64,000 nucleotides of DNA from Heteronotia binoei. Taxonomy: Eukaryota. Of the stretch, positions 11,132-23,092 are shown piece after piece; the first letter of the stretch is position 1; every line of letters begins with the position of its first letter. The DNA is taken from the NCBI RefSeq assembly GCF_032191835.1, contig NC_083239.1:39370001-39434000 (forward strand), in the 5' to 3' direction. Under the pieces are notes generated by a model that saw nothing but the letters and a program-made list of their open reading frames with translations, had not been told where the DNA came from and did not search any database. The position numbers and the translations under genes are program-made.

Positions 11132-11216
11132 TGTTCTATGGGGTACAAATTACTCGAGTAGGTGGACAGTGATCAGATCCCAGAAGGCACTACTTATATT
11201 CTTGTGTTTTTCATCC

Positions 11217-11218
11217 AG
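11217..11218 (+). promoter_or_regulatory. Splice acceptor ahead of the GPCR coding exon
   Basis: TTCTTGTGTTTTTCATCCAG 45 nt upstream of the ATG; the homologous acceptor is conserved at 34372-34373. Confidence 0.7.
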
Positions 11219-11263
11219 GAGAAGACGGAAGACAAGAGTGAAGGAGAATTCCCCTAAAAGAAA

Positions 11264-12346
11264 ATGGAGAACACAACTCTACTGGTTACCCTTGCCTATC
11301 ATAATTCCAGTGTCATGAATGAACAATTTGTGTGCCATCAAAACTTACTGTGTGTCTTCTCCATGGTCATCAACAGCCTTACCTTCTTATCTGGGGTCGT
11401 TGGAAATGGGCTAGTCATTTTCATCACTGGCTTCTATATGAAAAAGACGGTCAACACCATCTGGTTCCTCAACTTAGCTATCGCTGATTTCACCTTCACC
11501 TTCTTCCTGCCACTGAACATTGTCTACCTGGCCCTGGGCTTTCACTGGCCCTTTGGGGAGGCCATGTGCAAGTTCTGCAGCACCACAGTCTTAGTCAATC
11601 TCCATGCCAGCGTTTATTTTCTCATGATCATTAGCGTAGACCGCTGTATTTCTGTGAGATACCCCGTGTGGGCTCGGAATCACCGGACCATCCGCCTGGC
11701 TTCCTTTGTGGCTTTGGGTGTTTGGATTCTGGCCTTGGCATTGAGTTCTCCAAATCTCCAATTTAGGAAGACCGTGCGTGACAGGGATAGCGTCTGGTGC
11801 CACAGGGAATTCAGCAGTGACGAGGAACAAGCGAAAACCATCCACCGTGCCGTGGTGATCAGCCAGTTTATCTTAACCTTTGCCGTCCCCTTCAGCGTTA
11901 TCGCTGTCTGCTACGGGGTGATTGTTTTGCAGCTCAAGAGCGAACGCTTAACAAGCAAACCCTTCAAGGTCATCACCGCAGTTATTGTGGCCTTTTTTGT
12001 CTGCTGGTTCCCATATCATGTTCTCGCTTTCCTTAAGGTTCAGGCCGCCGAGGACCATACCCTAAGTCCACTAATCACTGTTGGTGCTCCTTTGATATCC
12101 AGCCTGGCCTTTGTCAATAGCTGCCTCAACCCCATCCTGTATATCTTCATGGGACGTGGGATCAAGCAAAGGCTGAAACGCTCCATCCTGTCAATATTTG
12201 GGAACGCCTTCTCTGAGGAGTTCAGCCAGAGCACAAAACAAGAAAGGATGACTGATAGGAGCCATTGCAATGTGAATATTTCCAGACTAGTGAATTTTTC
12301 ACCAATTTCACAGGGACAGGAGGAAGTGACATCTATACATGGATAA
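11264..12346 (+). CDS. Chemoattractant GPCR, CMKLR1-like paralog A (360 aa)
   Basis: 7TM class A motifs GN, NLAIAD, DRC, W4.50, CWFP and NPILY. MKKTVNTIWFLNLA, PVWARNHR and KPFK are typical of the CMKLR1/FPR/C5aR group. Orthology is not established. Confidence 0.95.
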   Translation: MENTTLLVTLAYHNSSVMNEQFVCHQNLLCVFSMVINSLTFLSGVVGNGLVIFITGFYMKKTVNTIWFLNLAIADFTFTFFLPLNIVYLALGFHWPFGEAMCKFCSTTVLVNLHASVYFLMIISVDRCISVRYPVWARNHRTIRLASFVALGVWILALALSSPNLQFRKTVRDRDSVWCHREFSSDEEQAKTIHRAVVISQFILTFAVPFSVIAVCYGVIVLQLKSERLTSKPFKVITAVIVAFFVCWFPYHVLAFLKVQAAEDHTLSPLITVGAPLISSLAFVNSCLNPILYIFMGRGIKQRLKRSILSIFGNAFSEEFSQSTKQERMTDRSHCNVNISRLVNFSPISQGQEEVTSIHG

Positions 12347-12639
12347 ATAACGCCCCAATTCACTGTAAAAATGTCATGTCTTTTTAGAGTCAGGGGGGAT
12401 AAAATTCGGTTTAAAATTAGGCAAGCTCTCCAAACCAGGCTCAAATCGACATAGTTGGAAACGGGGGCGGGGGAGGATGATGGGGGTATTCACTTGATTT
12501 AGCTTAGAAGAAGAGGACATGATTATGTACAAACTGACATGTCAGTGTCCCCATAAATTAACAAACCTGGGGAGGACTAGAAATATATTTCAACTGAGCA
12601 TTTGTTTCCCATTGCTAGGGGCTATGTTGTTTGGAGTTG

Positions 12640-13225
12640 GGTATGTTTAGCCTAGAGAGGAGACAACTGAGGTGATATGATAACCATCTTCGAGAACTTG
12701 AAGGGCTGTCATACAGAGGAGTGGTGAAGACTTGTTTTCTGTTGCCCTAGAAGGTTGAACCAGAACCAAAGGATTGAAATTAAATCAAAAGAGTTTTCAG
12801 TTAAAGATTAGGAAGAGCTTCCTGGCAGAGTGGTTCCTCAGTGGAACAGGCTTCCTGGGGGGGGGGGGGGCTCTCTATCTTTAGAAGTTTTTAAACAGAG
12901 GCTAGATGGCCATCTGACAGCAATGCTGATTCCGTGAACTTAGGAAGACACTGAGACAGAGGGCAAGGAGGGTCGCATCAGCGCTTAGTTCCCATGGCCC
13001 TTTCTTACACGCTCAGGGAAATCCTGATTGCCACTTTGGGGTTAGGCAGCAATTTTTCTCCAAACCAGTTTGGCCAGGGATCCTGGAGAGGGTTTTATTT
13101 TTTTCTGCCATCTTCTGGGGTTGGAGCAAGTTTCACTGGAGGTGTATGTGGGGGGGGGGGGAGGTATTTGTGAACATCCTGCATTGTGCTGGGGGTTGGT
13201 CCCTTCCAACTCTATGATTCTATGA
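12640..13225 (+). mobile_element. CR1 LINE 3' fragment
   Basis: Similar to 9600-9998; ends CCCTTCCAACTCTATGATTCTATGA. Confidence 0.85.
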
Positions 13226-13299
13226 AAGACATATTGGGGGCAAATTGTGAATATATCAGTCAAACCTTACAGGTAAATTTGCCTTTAGATATTAATTAA

Positions 13300-13660
13300 G
13301 AAGGGTAGCCATGTTAGTCTGTAGCAGTAGAAAAAAAAAAACAAGATTCCAGTAGCAAAGCCTAAGCTTTTAATATGTTGTAAAGCACCAATATTTTGCT
13401 TTAAATTGTAAATGATGATGTCTTATTGTTTTATATCTGAAACTGAGATGTTGGTTTTATTTTGATTGTTAGCTGCCCTGAGTCCATTTGGAGTGGGCGG
13501 GATATAAATTGAAAGTAAATAAATAAAATAAATAAACATCTTCAAGACTCACAAAAATGGTTGCTAGGTAGGAGTTTTCTAGCTAAAGGTGACTCATGAC
13601 AAACTCATACCTGGTCACAAATTTTGTTAGTCTTTAAGGTGCTACTGGACTCTTGCTATT
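13300..13660 (-). mobile_element. Penelope-like pLTR remnants
   Basis: GTAGCCATGTTAGTCTG and TTTGTTAGTCTTTAAGGTGCTACTGGACTC motifs, shared with 14180-14240, 41520-41950 and 43140-43220. Confidence 0.55.
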
Positions 13661-16600
13661 AGCTGCAGCCAGAATCCACTTTGCAAGACAGCGGCTGTTA
13701 AAATCCCCCTCGCTTGAACGCATGACTCTTAACGGAAAAGAGAGGGAAAAGGTGAATGTGAATGAGCTCAAGTGTACTCAGGTCTGTGAAGGCCAAAGAA
13801 AGAACTGAGCGGGATATTTGACACAGGGATGAACCAGCACTGCCCTCTGCATTTTTAGCTGAAGTTTCTAAAAGTCTGCACTCCTCACCTCACAGGACAA
13901 GCTAATCTAAACCAATCTTTAACACAGATCCTGTTTTCTTAAACTACAGTAGTCAGCAGTTTGTGCTGCGCTTGTAGCATACCATAGATAAAGTAGTGGC
14001 ATTCCTAAAAGTTTGCTAAGAAGGAATTGCAGATTGCTTTTCGATTAGTTTAGACCTGGTGCACTATTGAATTGTCGTTTTGTAATTGGTCTAACACTTC
14101 TGCAAAATCCTGATGTCAGTTTCCTAATGTATGCTTGTGCTTTTGTCTACAAAGCTGTCAGTGTCTTGAACTTTTGCACCGACAGAACAAAGTCTGAGTC
14201 CAGTGGCACCTTGAAGACCGACAAAGTTTTATTCAAGGTGTGAAGAAATGTTTTTTGCTTGGGAGGTTGGAGAGGGGCCAAAGGCTCGGCTGCGGTTTTT
14301 AAATGTCACTTCCCCCCCCCCCTCCAGACAGAGAATAGGCTGGGAAGGAGGAAGTCCATCCATGGCTGTCCAGGCTCGCCTCAGCTACCACTTAAGAAAT
14401 GCTAACAGATCTAGTTAGAGACAATGGAATGGGCAAGTCCCCCCCCCCCCCCCGCACTTTCTCCACCTTCTCCTAGTAGGGAACAGAGGTTGAGAGGGAA
14501 AAATCCTCAATAGTCTCCTGGAAGGAAAATCCTGGAGGTCTCCAAGAAATGTCTCTTTGACCTAGTGTGACCTGGTAAGTGAGTGGAGTATGAGCAGGGT
14601 TGCCAATCCCCAGTTGGGGGCAGGGGATCCCCTGGTCTGGAGGCCCTCCCTCTGCTTCAGGGTTATCAGAAAGGGGGGGATGTCCACTGGGCACTCCATG
14701 ATACCTTATGGAGACCAGTCCCCATAGGATATAATGGATAATCACTGTGGGTATCTGGGGCTGTTTGTTTGTTTTTTTAGATAGTGGCACCAAATTTTTA
14801 GCATAGCATCTGGTGCCTCTCTTCAACCCCTGCCCCCAAGTTTCAAAAAGATTGGACCAGGGGGTCCAATTTTAAGAGCCCCAAAAGAAGGTGCCCCCAT
14901 CCTGCATTATTTCCAATGGAAGGAAGGCATGTAAAAGGAGTGCGGTCCCTTTAAATGTGATGGCTAGAACTCCCTTCGGAGTTCAGTTGTGCTTGTTGCT
15001 CCTGGCTCCACCCTCAAAGTCCCCAGATATTTCCTAAGGTTGGCCTGGCAACCCAAAGTACCAAAGTTAATAAAATCTCCTTATAACAGGAAAGTGTTGC
15101 TGGGTTTATGAGATGCTGGGTTTATGAGCACACACAAGACCTCTCATCTCACATTGAGGCAGCCATTGATCATGTGCTCACCTCAAGAGCTTAGGCAAAC
15201 TTAATAAAACATTGCAGAGAGCTAGAACTTCTTAAAGCTAAAGAGGCCTCTCCTATTTTAACATCTGATAGGGTCTGCTTAAAGAAAAGGACAGCGGATT
15301 TGCTTTCCCCCCATTTCCTTTGCATTCTTTGCTCAGTTTGGCTCAGTGCTACAAGTATGCTTGTAAACATTTCCTTTTTAATAAATGCTTTATAACTTTA
15401 GATGCTGGCAGTGGTTCTCTGTATCACATAGACCTCCACGATCTAGGATGTGCTATTCTGAAAGGGGTGTGGAAACTGTATTATAATTAGGTCTTAATTT
15501 AAAATTGTTTTATCTGGTTATTTATGCCTTGAATTCTCTACATATGAATGTGTTTCCATGACTGGTCAAATGACCATAATAAAGAAAAAACTAACGGACT
15601 GAAAAGGGGCACCAGGGAGGCAGCTGACAAGTGGCTATTCCTCCAGGAGCAGGAAAGGCAGAAAATTGTCCCCATGCTAGCCAGGTACTGGGCAGCAGGA
15701 GACTAGAGTTGCCAGGTCCAATTTAAGAAATATCTGGGGACTTTGGGAATGGAGCCAGGAAACTTTGGGGGTGGAGCCAGAAGCAAGGTTGTGACAAGCG
15801 TAATGGAGCTCCAAAGGAAGTTCTGGCCCTCACATTTAAAGGGACCACACACCTTTTAAATGCATTCCCTCCACTGGAAATATGATGGATGGGGGCACCT
15901 TCTTTGGAGGCTCATAGAATTGAGGGTGTTTTGAGGAGAGTCACTAAATGCTGTTCTGCAAATTTGATGCCTCTACCTCAACAAATGCCCCCCCCCCCCC
16001 AGCTCCAGATAGCCATGGATTGATTCTCAATTATACGCTATGAGAATCGGTCTCCATAGGGTGCCCAGAAAACATTCCTCCCCCCCACGCACACACTTTC
16101 TCATGACCCTGAAGTGGGGAGGAGGGCCTCCAAACTGGGGGCATCCCCTGCCCTCAACTGGGGATTGGCAACCCTGCAGGAGACACAGAGGCAAGGCCTC
16201 AGAACTTGGAAGGGAAGCTGGGTGTCCTGAGCCACCCAGTGGGCAATTCCGTACAAAGGTCAGGTGGTGGCGGCGGTGAGAGAAGAAAACGTCTCCAGAT
16301 ATTGGGAAAACCTATGAGGTCAAGGTGGAACAGGGCCTGCAGGCCAGAGCAGGCCCCTTCCACCACAATACTGTACATCAACCCTCCATTTCCATGCTAA
16401 GAAGCATCTATAGGAAGCAGCCAGTTTGCAAAGGACAGCGCTGTTGATCTTTTCCTCCTGGGAAACGGCATCCCCAGTGCCCTCACAAAAGGGAAATTAC
16501 CAGGGAAGGAAAAACCACCAATGCCATTTTTCAGGTGTGAATCAGCCCCTTCCCTTTTTTCAAAAAAGATGCAGGTTTCATTATAACATACTCCCAGGAT

Positions 16601-17064
16601 CTAGCAGCAACCTCAGCCCCTAGACTTGACATGCCCTTCACAGTGTGGTGGTAGTTGCATAGATTCCAGCCGTATTGACCAATCCATTGTTCTGGGCTGC
16701 ACTTCCTGGGGACTCTCACAGTCTCACTCATTCAGAACTGACAGTGAAATCAGCAGGCGTGAACTCGTCTGAGCTGGTTTTCAGGAAGCTGGTCACTTTC
16801 AGCTGCCAAGCATTCACTACCTGTTCAGGGACTCCACCCCAAATCTCCTGAAGCATCAAGTTTAAGAGTTATGGTACATCTCCATGAAGTTTTTGACACA
16901 GTCAACAGGAGCTGTACCTATGGCTCCATCACCACCTTCACATCCTGGGGAGTTGACCGAATCAAAACCCTGATTTGAGACCCTTCAACCACATATTTTC
17001 CCACTGTTCAATTTGTATATTACATCCAAAGTTTGCTGCCCATTTTATCATAACCTCTTTAATC

Positions 17065-17320
17065 TGTCGATGATACTGGATTTATATCCGACCCTATACT
17101 CAGAGTCTCAGAGCACCTCACAATCTCCTTTACCTTCCCCGTCCCCACAACAGACACCCTATGAGGTGGGTGGGGCTGAGAGAGCTTTTACAGCAACTCC
17201 TACGAAAGCTATGGCTGACTCAAGGCCATTCCAGCCGCTGCAAGTGGAGGAGTGGGGAATCAAACCTGGTTCTCCCAGATAAAAGTCTGTGCACTTAACC
17301 ACTACACCAAACTGGCTCTC
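17065..17320 (-). mobile_element. tRNA-derived SINE (Squam3-like)
   Basis: Reverse strand reads GAGAGCCAGTTTGGTGTAGTGGTTAAG...ATATAAATCC; same family as 10672-10945, 21958-22340 and 42585-42975. Confidence 0.85.
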
Positions 17321-18152
17321 AGAGCTGATGACCGAAGAGGGTACTCACTTAATGTGCATCTTACAAAATCCTAGGTACCATTGCTAGCCTTTCTTGTCTA
17401 GTTCAACTTGTCTTATTGACTAAAAAAATATCATATATTTACCCTCAGCCAAGATTTTTCCCCACTGGATGACACCTACACAGTGCCCTCTAGTGCTCTA
17501 TTGTAGTATAACAGGTTTTTTCACCCTCTAGATAGGCACATCTCAACCATTTTGGGTAGGAGTTAGGGTTGCCAAGTCCAATTCAAGAAATATCTGGGGA
17601 CTTTGGGGGTGGAGCCAGGAGACACTGGGGTGGAGCCAGGAGCAAGGGTGTGACAAGCATCACTGAACCCCAACGGGAGTTTTGGCCATCGCATTTCAAG
17701 GGACGGCACACCTTTTTAAATGTCTTCCTTCCCTCCATCCTCCCCTTCTCTCATTTTACCTCAGAGGCGGAGCAGAGTGGGCTACGCCGCTGCGCTGCTG
17801 CTACCTCTTCTCTGCTTCACCGTAGCTGCTCCTCCGAGATGGGCTCAGGCTGAGCTTCAGTTGGGGGGAGGGGCTTGTTTTAATAATAAAGAAATACTAG
17901 AAGTGTGGATTCTGATCCAGGGAAGTTCAAATTCTAAAAAACAAGCAGAAATACGGGGCAAACCCACAGCCAGCTAACATTGGAAATACAGTTACTTAAC
18001 ACTTAAATGTGCCAGAACACGTTCTTCAGTGACAGAGCAAGCCAGTCTTCACATGCCCAGGAACCCTTTTTTTTTCAGGCATCGCTTCACACATTTATGA
18101 GACTTACGATCTTCAAAAAATAATTCCTGGAATTTAAATTAAGCCCTGGGTA

Positions 18153-18456
18153 AGAGCCCCGTGACGGAGAGTGGTAAAGCTGCAGTACTGCAGTCAGAGC
18201 CATCAGCTCACGACCTGAGTTCGATCCCAGCGGAAGCTGGTTCAGGTAGCCGGCTCCAGGTTGACTCAGTCTTCCATCCTTTTGAGGTTGGTAAAATGAG
18301 TACCCAGCTTGCTGGGGGGAAAGCGTAGATGACTGGGGAAGGCAATGGCAAACCACCCGTAAAAAGTCTGCCGTGAAAACGCTGTGAAAGCAACGTCACC
18401 CCAGAGTCAAAAACGACCGGTGCTTGCACAGGGGGACTACCTTTACCTTTACCTTT
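18153..18456 (+). mobile_element. Sauria SINE
   Basis: tRNA-like head, BovB-like 3' part, (ACCTTT)n tail. Confidence 0.9.
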
Positions 18457-18704
18457 AGGACCACAGAACTGTGGAATTTCAAATAACCAGTGCTGCCCTT
18501 TACACACAGAGAACAGCAACAAATCTCTGTTGGTGTCTGGGATGAAGAGGTTTAGAAACCGAAACCAACAGTGCAATGGGTTTAGAAATGTGCAACTCTT
18601 TAGGATTGCCTTGCAAAATGAGAAAGAGCTTACCTAGACTGGAGTCACTCTGTAGATAGCTGGACTGGTGAGTTTTCCCCCACCACTTTCCCCCCTCCCG
18701 TAAG

Positions 18705-18898
18705 CAGTGTTCCCTCTAAGCTGAGTTAGCGTGAGCTAACTCAGTTTTTTAGCCTCCAGCTCACATATTTTTGTCTTTGCTCAGGAAAAATGGCCCCAGA
18801 GCAAACTAATTTATTTGAAGTAGCTCACCACTTTAATGCCAGTAGCTCACAAAGTTGAATTTTTGCTCACAAGACACTTGCAGCTTCGAGGGAACAGC
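18705..18898. mobile_element. MITE (CAGTGTTCCCTCTA TIR)
   Basis: CAGTGTTCCCTCTAAG...GAGGGAACA; family copies at 31031-32011 and 45525-46810. Confidence 0.8.
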
Positions 18899-19959
18899 AG
18901 CTTAGAGGCCGTAAGAGATGTTTACTTGATGCACCTCCATAGAACAATTATTTAATACCAGTATGTTAAATGACCTGGAAGCACCAAAGCCAATAACTAG
19001 ATGCAAATTTTTTTAGAGCCAAACCCAGGATGCTGGTGGTGGATGGGAAATCCCAAGGACTTGGGGGGGGGGGGGGACGAAGGCCTTGGAGGCAGCAAGG
19101 AACAAGCCTGGGAGATGCAGCGGCGACCGGCCCAGCATCGCCCAAGGGGGCGAGGGTTTCCCTTTCTGCAAAGTTTCCCCTTTTGCAAACTCCCGCCCCC
19201 CCCAAGACTTTGAAGAAACCTCATCCCCATCCACCGTGTGCCAAGCAGTTGCCGGCAAAGGGGTGGAATAGGTGGCGGGCAGCAGCAAGGCTGGCAGCAG
19301 AGAAGGCATCACTGTGGGGGAAAAGAAGCCCGCCGGGGTCCACACCATCTGGCAGAGCTCTTGGCTGCCCTCACGGCCTTCCTCCACCCCGTCCTGCAGG
19401 CCGGGCGTGACCCCCTCAGAGCTCCTCCTCTGCCACTCGCTGCCTGCCTCTCTCCAGCGGCCAACCCACCAAGGCTGAGGGGGGCAGGCTGCAGAGCTGC
19501 TTGTTTCTCCCCCCACCCCAGCACCCAATCTCTCATTTTACCTCAGAGGCGGAGCGGGCGGTGCCGCTGCGCTGCTGCCGCCTCTTCTCCGCTTCACCGT
19601 AGCTGCTCCTCCGAGATGGGCTCAGAAGGACCCGGACTCGCGGCTCGCCACGCTCCTTGGCGCTGTTTCCCCCCTCCCCCCACTTCCGTTTTTTTGGAGA
19701 GCGGGGGAAGAGGCTGTAAATCCTGGGGTCCCCCGCCAGGGCGGGAGGCTTGGGAAGCCTAGTAGGAGCTCACCTCTAAATTTTATTGCGCTCTTGCTTT
19801 CTTACTCCACCCCACTCAAAAAAAAAGACTTGCTTCTGGGCTTCATTGTTCAAACCCCCAGTGAGAATTCTGCTGAACTCTTAATATTTGACAAACTTTC
19901 AGAAATTAATTATCTTAAAACTGTTTTGCAACATATGGGTTTTGGCCCGCATTTTTAAA

Positions 19960-22475
19960 ACTCTATAGCAGTCATCTACAAAGCCCCAAAAACTCAAATA
20001 AACATTAATAATTATAAATCATATGAGATATATTTATCAAGGGATACACGTCAAAGATGTCCCTTTTCTCCAATTTTATTTGCCCTTTCATTAGAACCCC
20101 TAGTACATGTGGTGTGCTCAGATCCAGAGATAGAAGGTATAACGGTAAATGGTAGTTCTCATAAGATCTGCCTTTTTGCGGATGACAAGGGTTTTTATTT
20201 AAGTAATCCCCTACAATCTCTAGCTAAGCTAATGAATTCTATAACCACATTTAGCAAATACTCATGTCCAAATCGGAATTTTTTCCAGTAACTGTTCCTC
20301 CAGATGTCTACCAACAAATCTCGCATTCATTTCCTTTTAAATGGGTCACTAAATCGTGGCGACACTTGGGTATTCATATCCCTCTGATACTAACAAAATT
20401 ATTTGAATCAAATTATAAACCACTTTTCACAGCAACTAAAGCCAATCTAACCATATGGTCTAAACTTAATCTTAACCTTTTGGGAAAAATCGATTTGTTA
20501 AAAACATTTGTTCTACCTAAATTTCTTTTTTTTATTTCAAAACCTTTCCATACCGATACCATGTAACAACATGAAGGCTTGGCAAAAGTGTTTGTCATTG
20601 TTTTTATGGAATAATAAAAAAACAAAGATCTCCTTTCACTTACTTTCCAAACCAGTAGCTCAGGGCTGGTTGGGCGCACCAATCTTAGACAAATATTATG
20701 TGGCGGCCCAACTTTGTAATGTTCTGTTATATGCCAGAAAGGATTGTCAAATACCTTGGATTCAGATTGAATCAACAAGTATTTTTCCTATACGTCTTAA
20801 TGAATTCTTATGGAATACTAAAGCAAATAGGAAAAAGTCATACTGACTAATCCATATTTACGTTTCACTCTGGAGATTTGGGACAAGTACAGGTCTTCTG
20901 TCATTCAACCTTCCACACCAGTAACGGCTTTTTTAGGTCAACCCTGGTTTCCTCCAGGACTTTCAACAGTAAATTTTAAGATTTGGAGGCAACAGAAAAT
21001 TCTCAGGATTTCAGATGTCACTTAAAAAAAACCAATTGTGTACTCGCAGCCAGCTGGAATCTTAATTTAAAATTAATATCCCATGGTATGAATATCATCA
21101 ACTACATGGTGTATTAAATAAAGTAATCCTGGTTATGCAGACGACAAATCAGCTAAATGCATTTGAGAAACTCATACAGAAAGAAAAAACAAACATGAGA
21201 GGAGTAATTTTGAAATTATATTTATTATTAAACCAGAAAAATTGGTCACTTTTCACGTCACAACAAAATGCATGGCACAAAGATTGTGCTATTCAGTTCT
21301 CAGATGAGCAATGGACTACAATTTGAACTTCGCCACTCCGTAAGTCTAAATCTACTATTTTTAAATTGCAGCAATACAAAATATTTTTTCGCTGGTATCT
21401 TACTCTACTTTCTTTAAGTCATGCAAAGCAGAGTTCTAATCCCCTCTGCTGGAAAGGATGTGGTGAAAAGGATCCTTCATACATTGCTGGTGGACTTGCC
21501 ATAAAATTCAAACATTCTGGACTACATTAATAAACAAAATTGAAGCCATTGTCAATGAAACCATTCCTCGCACTCCTGAATCTATTCTTCTTAATTTTTG
21601 GCCAAGCAATAACTTTTCTCCTTTAAAAGCTGAACTTATTTCCCCACCGCTTTTGATGGGGAAAATTCTGTTGGCAAAATTTTGGAAAGTTGCTAGAATT
21701 CCATCCATAACTCTATGGTTCCAAAAGGTATGGGACATTGTAGTGCAAGACAAAATAGCTTCCCAGCTTATTCTCAGTGACAATCCTAAGGCAGGGAAAA
21801 AATGTATTGAAAAATGGGATGCTTTTCTTGAATTTGTTTATAATAACTCAACAAAGAAGTGTAAGATGCCCCCAAAATACCTGAACTTCGTTCTATATTA
21901 ATAAGCACTTGCCAGGGTCTCTATACGGCCCCTTTACTTCAAACCTCTAGGTTAGGCTGAAGAAGAAGAAGATGATATTGGATTTATATCCCGCCCTCCA
22001 CTCCGAAGAGTCTCAGAGAGGCTCACAATCTCCTTTACCTTCCCCTCCCCCCACAACAGACACCCTGTGAGGTAGATGAAGATATTGGATTTATATCCCG
22101 TCCTCCACTCCGAAGTGTCTCAGAGCGGCTCACAATCTCCTTTATCTCCCTCCCCCACAACAGACACCCTGTGAGGTAGGTGGGGCTGAGAGGGCTCTCA
22201 CAGCAGCTGCCCTTTCAAGGACAACCTCTGCCAGAGCTATGGCTGACCCAAGGCCATTTCAGCAGGTGCAAGTGGAGGAGTGGGGAATCAAACCCGGTTC
22301 TCCCAGATAAGAGTCCACGCACTTAACCACTACACAAACTGAATGTTATGTTTTTTTTATAAAAACGTGGTATTGTTAAATTGTGTTCATCATAGCTTGT
22401 TTTTCTGTTTAATTTCCTTCATATATAATGTATTTTGTATTTTGCTTTTTATGTATATTTGAAAATAAAAAAATT
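19960..22475 (+). mobile_element. L1-clade LINE, 5'-truncated and decayed ORF2 plus 3' UTR
   Basis: RGTRQRCPFSPILFALSLEPL..LFADD, W.HLGI, GKIDLLKTFVLPKF, C-terminal CWKGCG..HCWWTC; many stops and frameshifts; AATAAA near 22465. Confidence 0.9.
21958..22340 (-). mobile_element. Squam3-like SINE with duplicated 3' end, inserted in the L1 3' UTR
   Basis: ~105-bp GATATTGGATTT...CCCTGTGAGGTAG block present twice in tandem; (TTC)n tail. Confidence 0.88.
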
Positions 22476-23092
22476 AAGTATTAAAAAAAAGATTTGACAA
22501 ACTTTCTAATATTTTCCCCACTATAAAAAGGGGGGGGGGACCAAAACATATAAAGCAGACAGATGGAAATCTTTCCCGTGTCACTATGACCACATAGGAA
22601 AAAGTCATTTTAAAAGTATGATGGGAGTCAGGTTTTATTATGACAGTTGTAATTCTCAAGTTCATGACAGGCACTTGTGTTTTTCCTTCATTTCCCTCTT
22701 GAAAGTTCCGGCACCTCTTTTTGCAGAAAAAAAGTCCTGTTGGGTCAAAGAAAAATAGGGCTGCTTGACCAAACCTGAAAACTGGCTAGAGGGCTACGGG
22801 TGGGGATTTCGGGAGACATTTGTAATATCAGTGGCATTGCTGCCGTCACCACATGGATGCAAAACCCAGAAATGAAAACAGGTGGTTCTAGGAAATTGCT
22901 AGAAGTGTGATATGCAGCAATCCTTTTTTAACATAACAACATTGCTATTTTTTAATTTTATTTTTCTGCAGCTGGTGCTGAAGAGACCTTTGCATTGCTG
23001 GATCCCGTTGGCTCATGGACCTTACATCTTTTATTCCAGCTAAAACTGGATTAAGAGGGAAATGTCAAAAACTTTCAGAATGTTTATTTTGC

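Larger units (their letters stand above)
17564..19761. mobile_element. Non-autonomous hAT element with 1.7-kb internal insert
   Basis: Ends TAGGGTTGCCA...TGGGAAGCCTA; 8-bp TSD GTAGGAGT/GTAGGAGC (17556-17563, 19762-19769); same family as 28453-29249 in the opposite orientation. Confidence 0.75.

Noticed and set aside
12855-14455. Long G/C homopolymers as G-quadruplex signals
   Set aside because: Scattered single runs inside TEs; lengths unreliable.
19013-19762. 170-aa ORFs in the GC-rich block
   Set aside because: Low-complexity Pro/Arg/Gly/Ala, crossing the TE junction, no domain.
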